Shown in pieces: positions 34,393 to 48,433 of a DNA stretch of 64,000 nt. The first letter of the stretch is position 1, and every line of letters begins with the position of its first letter. Source of the DNA: Octopus sinensis (taxonomy: Eukaryota); the NCBI RefSeq assembly GCF_006345805.1, contig NC_042999.1, positions 122,698,001-122,762,000 of the forward strand, read 5' to 3'. Below the pieces are notes generated by a model, which saw nothing but the letters and a program-made list of their open reading frames with translations, searched no databases and was not told where the DNA came from. The position numbers were made by a program, and so were the translations under genes.

Positions 34393-37300
34393 ATACTTAA
34401 TATTCAAATAAATGTCTCTGATGACCAGTTTATATCCTATGATAAAGATCTTCAGAGGGATGATTTCTTTTTGTTTTGTTTTTTTCTATACCCTTCTTGG
34501 CTAACTTTTATGAGTGTTGACAGTAGAATTATATTAGTGGTAAGTTTACCTCCTTGATAGCTTAAATGTATTGTGCCTTTACCCCTTGCATCTCCAAAGC
34601 CTGCACACTACACATTGTTTAATCTTGATTTTACTACTTTAAAATGAACAGCAATTTTAAATTCCACTAAATATCATTGTAATGCAACATTTACAAATAT
34701 TTTTTCCACTATTGCTTTATCATTTGTGAATACAGACTGCATGCAATTATAATAAAAGTTCTGTGAATTTCACATCAAAACTGACATTTGAGTAGATAGT
34801 AAAAAAGAGACCATAATATGATGACTGTAATTGAAAAGGATAATCAGTTAATATATAGATGATACACGCAATGAAAGACCTTCTTGATCTTTGTGTATAA
34901 TTTCAGAATTGTCATTTGCATAACTCTTTTTAATGTTCTTCATTAATATCTTATCTATTTATGGCTTCCAAATACTCATCCTTCATAACTGCTCTAGCCA
35001 TTTTCAATTCCTTATTCATTTTTCTATCATCACTAGCATCTTATAAACTTAGTAATTTTTATTAGCTGATTCAATAACCTTTTACTATTCCCTTTCAGAA
35101 ATCAGAATTTTCTCCATAGCTAAAGTCATTGTAACTGTTTTGTGGTCTAACTTCTATATATCTGATCATCTCTACTGCAAAGAACATATTCTAAATAAGC
35201 TAAAGATATCACCTCTGTGCAAGTACTTGACCTCGTAGAAATAACAGCCAAATTTCTGCAGATAACTGCCATATTAAAAAGGAAAGGATTCATGGTAATC
35301 CATGTTATAGAAGATGAAATAGTCATTGTTGGTATGTTGCTGAATAGTTAATTGCTCAATTAGAACTGTCTTTATGTTAAACTACGGCATTATAATACAT
35401 TGTAAATTTAGTTACTTTTAGAAAATTGATTTCTTTTTTACAGAGCTGATATGCATGGCACCTTTAGCTATTAGAAAACTGTTGATTAAAATATTATCTG
35501 CAAATGAATTATAATCTTGATATACCTTACAATATTATTCACATTATTGAAAAAGTCAATGGTCATCAATGTCTGTCTTTCTTGCCCCTTCTTTTGCTTC
35601 CTCTTATTTTTGTCATGCTATTTATTCCTAATTTGGATGTACTCAGTCTTCTAAGCCTGTTAGGTGAACACAGGCAGTCCTTTACAGCTTTTATGGGTTC
35701 AGTGATCACCAAGTGCAGTATTGTACTTCATGAGTACATAAACATGAAATAAATTGGTGTAAGCAAATGTATATGAAATGACACAAATTTAACTTATAAT
35801 ATTACTTATTCCACTTTATTTGAATTGTAAAATATCTTGCATCTCACCATATCGAAACATATCTCATGGCCCCAGCAGACAAAACAGAAAAGGCATTGCC
35901 CCAGTGGATGGCAAGGGAGAAATGCTGGAAAATATTGAACACTGGTCTTCATATGCCTTCTTGCAGTGCTTTTTCCTAACATTTATATTATGAATCCCTT
36001 CCTGTATACATTCTAATCAATTCTGAAATATCAATTAAGTTACAATAATGGTTCAGCAATTCTTTGAGATTTAATTATTTTCCATGATAACCTTCTGCAA
36101 CTAGCACCATCTATGCATAAAGTTAAAGAAAACCCCAATAGGAATCCATGGTATCAGTTCTCTCCCTTGATACTAGTAAGTTAAAATCTAATACACCATT
36201 TGAGCTGTAATTCAATTTTCCGTGTTTTTGTTTGATTCTAAACATTCTACATCCTTTCTGCTTGTATCTTTCTTTCATCCTCTTACACACACATGCACAC
36301 ACACTACTGTATAAGGGTGTGGTTGTGTATGTGTGCATGTGGATAATAGATATGTCTCAGTTCTTCTAAAATGAGGCATTTTACACTGTTGTGCTCTTAA
36401 TTAGAACTATAAAGACAGCATCTCTGTAAGTGAAAGAATCTTGATTCCATTATATAAACTTAATATGTATGTTATTACTTTGCTGTGGAATATAATTTTG
36501 TTTTATTTTTGATATGTAAGTTCACTGTTACAGTTTGTCCACTTTTCTGTCTGCTTCTGTATTTTGTCTCTAACTTTAACCCTTCCTTCATCTTTCTCTG
36601 TCTCTTTCTCGCTCTCTCTGTCTTTCTCTCTCTTTCTCTGTCCCCCCTCTCACTTTCTCTTTGCATTTTTTTTCACCTTTTATGCTAGCTGACAAGCATA
36701 GACATAAAGCAAATAAGTGAATTTTGAACTGATTTTCAATTCCTATTAACATTAAAATATTCAAAATGCCAATTTCTTTCTTTCAATGTAAATTTGAATT
36801 TTATTCCAATATCTTTCAATATACTTTGATGAATATTTATTTACATGCCAATCCAACCCTTGCCAGTATAGAAAAATAGGTTTTAAATTGGTAATGATGA
36901 TAGTAGCAATGATGATGATGTTAGAAGAGAATTTATTTATTTATTTATTTATTAGTACAGAGGTATGTATGCAAAAATTGTACCATGTTATTCTATCATT
37001 TCAATCTTTGAATGCAAGTTATATAATTGTCCTGAAAAAGCATACAAAAGAGATTTCATGCCAATATGCTTATTTATGCTGTACTAAAATATAACAAAGG
37101 AAGCAGACTACCCCTCTTAAATTATTGATGTTGTATTTTGAGCAATTTCATACCCTAGCATTTTCAGGAGCCACTTTACATTGATATGCCTTGCACAGGT
37201 AGATAGTCAATACATTTTGGTCTTGCTAATGTCAGAAAGAGACATAGAATTATTCAGCTACAAAATTATCTATCAAGATCAATATTAAAAAAAAAGAGAC

Positions 37301-37975
37301 GCTTACTCATTGTTATTATCTGCAATATAGCAATGTCCAATATTATATGTAATAGCTTACATTTATCGTAACAAGGACTTAAGAGTTACCATACCTGAAC
37401 ATTTGTTCACAGGTCTTGCAGCAACCTGGAAACTTTCTTTAAACATGTTACTTTCTTTATTTTTGTGTAAGTACATATGTGATTTAGAACTGTAATTTCA
37501 ATTGTCAATTGTTATATATACACCTGGTAATTTTAAATCAAGTTATTTTATTAATGACATAGGGATTTCATAAAATATCTTAAATCAGCTTGCAGATGCT
37601 AACCAACTAAGAGTTTCATTAATAATATTCTACTTCTTCCAGTAAGTGTGTGTATGTGCATTTGTTTTTACTTAATTTTGGCTGAGCTATGATTGATTTC
37701 ATCTTTAAAATGCTATTTTTAAGTTAATTTCCCTTATACATTTAAAAAAATCTATTATAAATAAAGGATTTTGCATCATGATAGTCTACATATCTAAATA
37801 CATAGAGAGGAAAACAGAGTCCCATAGTATTACCACATAAAATTTGATTTGTTTTGGTCGAGTCATTTGAAAATACATTGGAAACAGTCAGAGATACAAA
37901 GGATTTTATATATAGATAGAGAGACTGGCAGAGATATAAGGCATTGCTTGGGAGTAAAATGGCAGAAATTTTTAT

Positions 37976-38165
37976 TGTTTTACTTGTTTCAGTCATGTAA
38001 CTGAAGCCATGCTGAAGCACCACCTTTAGTCGAACAAATCAACTCCAGGATATATTCTTTGTAAGCCTAGTACTTATACTATTGGTGTCTTTTGCCAAAC
38101 TGTTGATTTACAGGGATGTAAACACAGCAACACTGGTTGTCAAGCAATGGAGTGGATACAAGCAC
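37976..38165 (-). mobile_element. SINE family A 3' tail fragment
   Basis: tttacttgtttcagtcat...ccatgctgaagcaccacctttagtcgaac is the reverse complement of the tail at 26340-26530. Confidence 0.75.
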
Positions 38166-38168
38166 ATA

Positions 38169-38227
38169 GTGAAACTATTAAAAGTGAAACAATATAAAAG
38201 TGAAACAATGTAAGAGTAAAACTATTT
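38169..38227. repeat. short imperfect 15-16-bp tandem repeat
   Basis: gtgaaac(t/a)at...aaa repeated four times. Confidence 0.7.
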
Positions 38228-39759
38228 ATAACTGTTACTCCATTGAAGGTTTCACTTTTATTCTTTGAGCTTTGAGACCTAATAAAGAACCAGCACCAAT
38301 GTTGCCTTGTATTTATCAAAAAAAATTACACGTTGATACTCCTGGTGTCTCATAGTATTGCCATGTAAAATTTTATATGATTTGATTGAGCCATTTGAGA
38401 ATGCATTGGGAACAGACAGAGAGACAGAAATACAAAACATTTTATATTTATAGAGAGATTATGTGAAAAATAATTATAGTTTCCATAACACTCATATTTC
38501 TATATTAAGACAAGTGTATAAGGTTATTTCATACTCGGTGAAAATTAGAGAATAGACTAGCAATAAGGTAGCCAGTGTATAATCATTTGACCTGTTAAAA
38601 AATAAGAGACAAAATCTCACTTAAATCATGCCCTTCTAATTTACAATAGACACACATTGGATATTGCAAATGTAAACAGAATGTCTGAGTTAAAAAAAAA
38701 TTGTCATAATGGATTGAATACCTTTAATTATATGTCTTCTTTATCAAGATTAACCTGATTGTTAAACAACGATTAATGAATAAATACAAAACAAAAGGAT
38801 ACCTGAAGATATGTCATACAAGTTGTAATCATATTTTTAATAGTTATAATTTATGAGATATCAGACAACTGCTATTTGTTAAATATGTACAATTTAATGT
38901 TAAATTTAATAATGAAATATTTACTGAAAAAAATTAATGTAAATAATAGTATTAATTCAAATTATCACAGCAGCTAAGAAATACTGATTTGTGTATTATA
39001 AAAATTATAACTTTCAGAATTTAAGTATTACAAAGTCCATAACTGATTACTATTATAATTTGAGGGTAAGCAAAGAAAGTATTATCTAGGATTCTGGAAT
39101 ACTTAAAGTAATGAGAAAATCATATGTAGTATAATGGTATTTTTACAATGCTAACAATGAACCCCATCTGATATCACAATTAACGAACAGACATTTACAA
39201 AATGCCAATGAATAACACAATATTATAAGGATAAGTAAGCTGACATTTTACTCTCTATCATTTTGTTTTGAAAGCTGAGATTAATCATAACTTGCTTTTT
39301 TGTTTTTTAGAATATTACAAGAAAATAGATTCAGCAATCTATAAAACATTGATATTTCTTTTTATAATATTTTAATATTTTCCAAGAAGACTAAAGAATA
39401 AAAGTGTATCATTGTGAGATCATAGAAGTGTGTTTGTTTGGCACATTGATTGAATGAACAGAGCATGTATTTAATTTATTTGTTTGTATCGTGCATTAGT
39501 AATTGTTTTATTATTTTTCTGAAGATAACCAACAGATTGAACTAATATTTAAAATTCAATAGGTGCTGCACTTTCTCTAAACATATGGCCAGTGTCTTTT
39601 GTTGCTATTAAAAACTCAATAAGAATTATAGTCAATATATGAAATATGTAATTTATTCTCCTAGAATTGGTGGTGTACACACATACACACACACACACAC
39701 ATGCACCTGCATTATGCATTTTGTTCGTGTTTAAGTATGTGCATATAATTAGGAAGTTT

Positions 39760-41250
39760 TGCTTTTTTGAAACGAAACTTGGTCCATGGATTTATGAATT
39801 CATAGGATTGTGTAGTCAAAAGTTTGTGTATATATCTACTCTGTGAATTATGTGATGTCAAGAATATGTGTAATGCATATATTTTTGTGTAATGAGTTGG
39901 GGATGCAACTGTAGATAACTTTAACCATATTTCTATTGAAGATTTTGTGGTATTTGTGTTTGAAGGAAGTGGTTATTTTTGAGTTTTAGCAGTTTTCTAG
40001 CTGTTTAGTGGCTACTTCCATACTACATGGGAAATTCCATAAGATTTTTCTCTGCTTACTTCTTTTTGGTCTACATTCGGTTCAGCATAATTTATGCTGC
40101 TATTAAAGTTGGACCTTTCTAATGCAGTGATGAATTATGAGGCAGTTTTTCTGAAAGTAGCTTTATCAGCAGACAGGTTAGAAACATGCTTATATAAGGT
40201 ATCTTTATTTGGTTTATGGCAAGGCTTAAATTTGCCTTAAGTATTAATTCTAGTTCTTAGGTTCAATTGTCTACATGTTCAGCATAATTGCTTTCTTATC
40301 TTATCTATATCATGTCCATTTTTGTTATGTATCACTGCAAGATTGTTGTCAATATATAACCCTATATCTGCTTCTGTTACGTCTTTTCTAAGAACATCTG
40401 AGATATAAAGGCCAACCAGATCTGATATATCTGCACCATCATAGATCCCCATAGTGATATCAAATAGCTCATCACCCATTCTTTTCACCCAATAGGAATT
40501 GTCACAAAAAAGTAATGACTTCTTTGAATTCCTTGTTATGTCTATATCAGCATTAGTGACAGTTACATATGCTTTACTAAGCTCAAGTGCTTTTTGAAGC
40601 AGGATTTTGGAAACTGAGGGATAAAACTCCACAATATCAAACTGGATGAATTTGGATTTTGGTTTATCTTCAATTTTTTTGAACCATTCAATAGTTTCCC
40701 AGCTACATATCCATTCAGTAGAGTTTGAGGAGGCTCTGATGTGTCTTATGATGTTGTCTAATATAGATTTGCTAATAATACCTAGTTTGCTTTTCGAGGG
40801 ATTTATCAATCTGCAGCTAGTGTTTTGCATAAAATTGTCTTTGTAGTCTTCCAGGGTTACAAAATGTTTTTGTGGGGTGAGTCATTCTATTCTACTTTGA
40901 TTTAAAGTTTCATGGCCAAATTGTTTGCCTTAAAAATGATTAAATTATAAACGTTGGGGTTCAGTTTCTTATATGTTTTTGTAATGTTATCAACTAGCAG
41001 CTTGTTATATGTTTTATCTACTTTTATAAATGTGTTAAAAGTTTCAAGAAATGTTTGTAGTTTGTGTGGGAATCTTTTGGATTTATGGTTGAACTTGACA
41101 CTTTGAACTGATTTTATGAGGTCATCTTCAAATCCATCTAGATCTTTAATAGTGCAGTAGGTTTATGGAAGACCTAAAACCCCAACACCTCCAAACAAAG
41201 CAGGTCATACTTTTATCACAAAAGTAGGCTTCCCACTTCCTTCACTTCAG
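39760..41250 (-). pseudogene. Penelope-like element reverse transcriptase, decayed
   Basis: SCRLINPSKSKLG, FIQFDIVEFYPS, FDITMGIYDGAD and GLYIDN (catalytic DD damaged) in ORF 40279-40830, with HKIFNRNMVKVIYSCI downstream at about 39900-39950. Confidence 0.85.
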
Positions 41251-41339
41251 GACGCTTTTTGTTTTATTGATGAGATGCGTGAAATAGACTTTCCTTGGTG
41301 GTATAGGAATATTCTCCAGTGACGTTTTCACTTAATGTT

Positions 41340-41588
41340 TTTCAAATTATGAAACTGACTTATTGGAAGTCCACCTGAAGATTGTCGATCAAGACAAGAA
41401 ACGATTGTAGTGGCGGTTTTTTTGACTATTTATTAAAATTTTATGTATTGATTAAGTCTTTCCTTGTTTGTTTTGCAAAATAGTGGTTTTGTCTCTAATA
41501 ATATTTTATAATATTTTACTATAAAATTGGATTTAATCCTAAATCTGATTTTTTTTCCTGTAAATTTGGATTTATTCCCTAATATTTA
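41340..41588 (+). mobile_element. Penelope pseudo-LTR, inverted relative to the adjacent RT
   Basis: Same family as 63101-63430; carries a hammerhead motif; abuts the 5' side of the minus-strand RT. Confidence 0.75.
41371..41413 (+). ncRNA. type I hammerhead ribozyme motif, intact core
   Basis: CCAC-CUGAAGA-UUGUC GAUCAA GACAA-GAAAC GAUU GUA^-GUGG. All three stems pair and the predicted cleavage is after 41409. Confidence 0.75.
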
Positions 41589-42870
<1,282 letters not shown>

Positions 42871-43154
42871 GAGAAAATTTAATTATACCATATACAAAAA
42901 AATTACATACTATAGAAAAAATTAAATATAAGATAAAACATATACCAATGATTAAGTAATGGGCAAAATAATATATACGTTTTATTAATTATTTTGTGCT
43001 AACTCTCTTCCTAACTTTCAACTTATTTTAGAACATGGTTGAGTCCATAAAATAGGATCTAACTACACCTTCATTTAAAGCACAGTTTAAGCTATCTTTT
43101 CGTGGAAGAAGGTTTATGTTCCTATAACTTGTGTTAATTCTGTGACCCTTTAAA

Positions 43155-43537
43155 ATGGAAGCTAAGAAAGTTCCTTTTTGGCACTTGATGCTTTGGGAAC
43201 CAGACAAAAATTGCTGCAGCTCGACTGGGATGTATTACCCCACCTTCCATATTCACCAGATATTGTTCCTTCAGATTTCCACTTATTCAGGTCTATGCAG
43301 AATAGTCTTAATGGTAAGAATTTCAATTCCTTGGATGACGTAAAAAGATACCTTGATGAATTCTTTGCCATGAAACCACCTCAATTCTGGGAAGAGGGTA
43401 TTTTCAAGTTAAAGGAAAGATGGAGATGCATTGTGCAACAAAATGGTTAATATTTGGTTGATTAAAAATGTAATGGCAAGTATTTATTTACCTTTTTCTT
43501 TCCTTTAAAAATCGGCATGAATTTCTGGACAACCCAA
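43155..43537 (+). mobile_element. internally deleted mariner element
   Basis: The N-terminus MEAKKVPFWHLML joins directly to the C-terminal RQKLLQLDWDVLPHLPYSPDIVPSDFHLF...LKERWRCIVQQNG. The 3' TIR is ggcatgaatttctggacaacccaa|TA; no 5' TIR was found. Confidence 0.85.
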
Positions 43538-45965
43538 TATTTATATTTACGTGTATATATGTTCACAATACCTATGCATGTCCCTTTGAACAAGGCTACA
43601 TAGATGCAAAAGCCAGAATAGTTATAAAAGCTAACTGGAGTAATTAAAAAAAATTTGATCTCTTTATAGTGATTCTGATGTTACAAAAGGTTTTAGTTCA
43701 GAGTTATTATTTAAATTTGAAAACTTTTTATTCAGTCACTGATTTCCTAAGTTATTTTATTAGAACTATCTATGCAGTTGTACAAAAACCAAAAATTATA
43801 TGAACAACTTGTAGAAAAATATATCTAAAATATATCTTGCAGCTATAAAATCCTTATAAAACAGAAGTTTTCAGTGTTCCCTGGAGCAGTCATTATTAAT
43901 GAGCAATGACATTCATTAAGTATGACAAAAGAGTCAAAATAATTCAAAATCTTTGTCACCTTGATATAGCAATCCTTTACAATCCCCCTTCTGGCTCTAT
44001 CTCAGAAACTAGTGATTCAATTTAAATTCTGAGCAGAGTATTTGTATTGGAATTGAAATAATGATATACATGCTGGGAAGAAGATAAAAAGTTGATGTAT
44101 ATTTGCAAAAATGTTGATTTTCTACCATTTCAACTTACTTAAACAATCAGAAAATATATGAACATTGCTGATTTACAAAGATCCTTCCAATGAATATATG
44201 AAAAGGTTTGTCTGACACACTAACTCTATTATGTAAATAACTAAAACGTGAAATACCATAGCACACAATACTATATAAACTTGAAAATTAATTAATTTTT
44301 TTCTGTACAAGAAATCTCCCTTCAATATAAAATAAAATGATATAAAAATGTCATAGCTTTAACTATAGAGTTGGATAAGGAATGAACTAGATGTTTATTC
44401 TATTGATAAACTATTTATCAATTTGTCGATTTAGCGTCATCTGTGAGATATATTTTTAGCCTATATTGACCTAAATGTTGTTGCTTTTATAATCTATTTT
44501 AAACAAACACCATAGAATCCTAAAATATAATTCAGATTCTTCCTGCCAGAAAAAAAGTTAATTCACACCAAAGATTTCTAATAACAGAGATAGAAAATAA
44601 TTTGGAGGGATAACAATTTCATTGCTGTTAAATTTTCTTTCTGCTTCCTCAAGATACAATGTAATATTTACAATAGAGATTTAAAGTAACTGGCAGATGC
44701 AGAAATATGAGAGTTGAACAAGAATATCAACAATCGATATTGTCCATTCATCCTATGATCCCTTGTGGCCTACTTCAGTTAGAGCATGATAGAAACTGAA
44801 GACTCTATTTCAATTTGTTGACGACCGCTTGCAAATTTAATATGAACTGGACACAACTATTAGCTGATTTCAATGATATTCTTATATGATGCTTTGTAAA
44901 GAAACTAATTAGTTGATCTGTGGTCATCTATATATTAGCTTTCAGATAATGAATAATAAACAATGAAACTGAAATAAGACACCTTCAATAATAATATAGG
45001 TTTCTTGTGATCTTGCATTAATTAATTATATTATTTAGAGAGAGGAAACTTAAGGCAATATCATGTGAACAAATTTGGCTGTTGGACAATTTACTATCTA
45101 CAAAAGGAATCACTTGAATAAGGATGAGTGATGTAACTTCCTTGCAAATACAATGAATACAAGAATCAAAGACAAGAATTTAATTTCAATGCTAAAATAA
45201 TTTAAACAAGATAGAAATACTTGATGAGTTACTTGTAATCATTGCATTTAGAAAAATTAATAATCCATGATAAGAGAAATAATTTTATAAATTGGTAATT
45301 ACAGCATGGAAGACATATAGTAGTCATTTAAATACACACAAAATCTATTAAATTATTTTATTCCTTCATCGTTTGGTGTCAAAATTTTCATTGCAGTCTC
45401 TGCAACCTGCTCATTGATAAAGTTCTACTACAATTTGTCTGAGATGAGGCCTTAATGTTGTAAACCTATTTTTTTCTTCATCGATGTAGGTCAATTGTTA
45501 TCATTCGGTGCTCATAGCAGGTCAGTTAATTTGGCTTTTGGTTGAAATTCATGTACTCCCTTTTCCTTCCTTCTCTCAGCGAGGGTACTTCTGGCATTGT
45601 GCAATCTTGCAGAACCAGGAATTTATGACTTCAAAGACAAGAATCTAACAGTCCACGACCACAGAACAGAGATAATAGAGAGAAGGATTGATGCAAACTG
45701 TACAAGAGGGTAGGAGTTGTTGTAGTATCAACAACGATAGTAGTAGTAGTAGTAGTAACTGCAGCAGCAGATGCAGTGGAGGGGTGTATAAGTAGTAGTA
45801 ACAAATATAGTAAAACCCAATAATTTAGCCAAATAACAAAAATTCTAGAAAAGAATATTTATTAGTAATTATTTATTTGTAATTAAATAAGTAAATAAAG
45901 GGATAGATAAAGAAATTAAAAACAAATAAGTAACAGGATAGATAAAGACACTAAATAATAATAAT

Positions 45966-46826
45966 CCTTTCTAATATAGGCATAAGGCCTGAAATTTTGG
46001 GGGAATGGGTAGTTGATTACATCAACCCCAGTGATTCACTGGTACTTAATTTATCGACCCCCAAAAGGATGAAAGGCAAAGTTGACCTCAGTGGAATCTG
46101 AACTCAGAACGTAGTGACAGATGAGATGATGCTAAGCGTTTCACCACACATGCTAACGATTCTGCCAGCTTGCCTCCTTTCATTGAATATTTATAATGAT
46201 AATATTTCTTTCCAATTTTAGGCACAAAGCCAGCAGTTTTGAAGGGTAAGGACAAGTCTATGACATTGTCACAATATTTGACTGGTACTTTATTTTATAA
46301 ATCCTGAAAGAATAAACAGTTGAACATTGAGTTTGAGTTTAGAATGTAAAAACCCCAGAAGAAATGTCCCTATGCATTTTGTCCAATGCACTCATGATTG
46401 TGCCAGCTTGCTATCACCACCACCACCACTATCACTACCACAACAACAATAATAATTGTAATCCTTCCTACAAAAGGTACAAGGCCTGAAATTTGGTGGG
46501 AGGAGACAAGTTGGTTACATCGACCTTAGTGTTTTACTGGTACTTAATTTGTTCACTCTGAATTTGAACTCAGAACATAAAGACAGACGAAATGTTGATA
46601 AGCATTTTTCCTAGCATGCTAACGATTTTGCCAGCTCACCACCTTAATGATAATAATAATCATAATAATTCTTTCTACTGAAGACACAAGACCTAAAATT
46701 TGACACAAGACCTAAAATTACACCAACTCCAGTATTTCACTAGTACTTAATTTATCAACTCCGAAAGGATGAAAGGCAAAATCAACCACAGCAGAATTTG
46801 AACTTAGAACATAGCGATGAGCAAAA
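45966..46826 (-). mobile_element. stack of four head-to-tail family B SINEs
   Basis: Copies at about 45966-46177, 46207-46412, 46463-46643 and 46670-46826 (truncated), each preceded by an (AAT)n-type tract. Confidence 0.85.
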
Positions 46827-47665
46827 TTCTTATACTTTCTCCCTTCTCAGAGCACATCTTACACTGTGGTGAGTGAGTGCCTTTATCAATGTGAAATTTG
46901 GAGTAGCTTGTCCTAAAAGCTTGTTCTTGAGCGCTGTATACACTAATGCCTCAGTGGACCCTTTTAAGTCTCCTTTCTGCAGCCATTGCCAGGTTCTATT
47001 CCAATGAATCTCATCTTAATTCTTCAAGAACTGACTGTGCATTTTCTTGTCTTACCAAATTTTCTTCATCTGCTCTCTCTGGCCTTTCTTAAATTGTGTT
47101 GGATCTACAGCTTCGTTCACTTTTAAGGTTCCCTGCATTTCCACTGCTTCAATCATTTCTTCTTTACTTCTCTTGATATACCAAGCTAAGCTATTCTCCT
47201 CTTCCCTTACACAACCTTCACAACACATTAATCCCCATCCTCCTTCTTTTCTCTTTACATACAATCTTGACACATCATTCTTTGGGTGTAGTCCCTCTTT
47301 TCATTGTCATTAATTTATATGTTCTCCAGTCTATCTCTTGTAATTCATGCTTCTTCCAAGATAATATTCCTGCCCCATATCTCATCAAAGCAACAGCCCA
47401 CGTGTTAATTGCTCTAATCTTATAGTGGCTATTTAGCTTTGATTGGAGCACAAGCTGAGTTCTCCTCAAATACTTTCCTGTACATTTCTTTCATCTTGTG
47501 TTCATTCATCTTATCTCTTTCAATGATATCCAAGCATTTATATCCTTCCTCTCTGACTTCCTCTATAGTTTCATCACTTTCCAGCTTGATCCCATAGCTT
47601 TTACTGATTTTCCCCATTTTGAGAGTCATTACACCACATTTCTCGATCTTAAATTTCATGCCAAT
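46826..47665 (-). mobile_element. R4/Dong-type LINE fragment, decayed
   Basis: KIRAINTWAVALMRYGAG, RLYVKRKEGGWGL, WLQKGDLK and CKMCSEKGESI. The 5' end abuts (TAA)n on the element strand. Confidence 0.85.
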
Positions 47666-47731
47666 ATTATTGTTATTATTATTGTTATTATTATTATTAT
47701 TATTGTTGTTTGTTGTTGTTGTTGCTGTTGC

Positions 47732-47762
<31 letters not shown>

Positions 47763-47770
47763 ATTATTAT
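47666..47770. repeat. (TTA)n-(TTG)n-(CTG)n compound trinucleotide repeat
   Basis: Directly visible. Confidence 0.95.
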
Positions 47771-48433
47771 ACCACCACCTTTGTGGCACTAGTTCCAGCT
47801 CTTTATATTCAGAGCTCAAATCCTGCCATTGTCAATTTTGCATTTCATTTTTTTTTTTTGTGGACAATAAAATGAAATGTCATCAAGTGCTAGAGTTAAT
47901 TTAATTGACTTGTCATTATCATTAATATTATTGATGATGTCATTCATTTGTGAAACTCAAGGTATCATCATTATATCTCCAATTTATTCATTTCTATTTC
48001 ATAAATGTTTAAGAAAAAGGGTGAGTGAAATAAATGACTTGATCATAACTATTTCTTCATTTAGAAAAATTTCTTATATATAGCCACGAAACAGGTGTCA
48101 TTATTCTACCAAAGTATTTCAAGATATTTTTATGAAATTTTGGTAAATATATGTCAAAATGAGATGTCACTGTTATTTTCATTTTTGCGTAATTTAGATG
48201 ACAATTTATTCACTGCACCCTGTATATATATATATTAAATACTGTATATTATAAACTTATAATTCATCACAATTCAAATATCAGCATATTACCTCTATTG
48301 AAAATATGCTATAACTAATTCTTGAATGAGCTATGTTAGGTGTGTAGATGTTATTAAATATATATTTATTGCTTATATTTTGCTTCTAACTGTATTGTAT
48401 ATTTATCTTATGATTATGCTGTACATGTACTGT

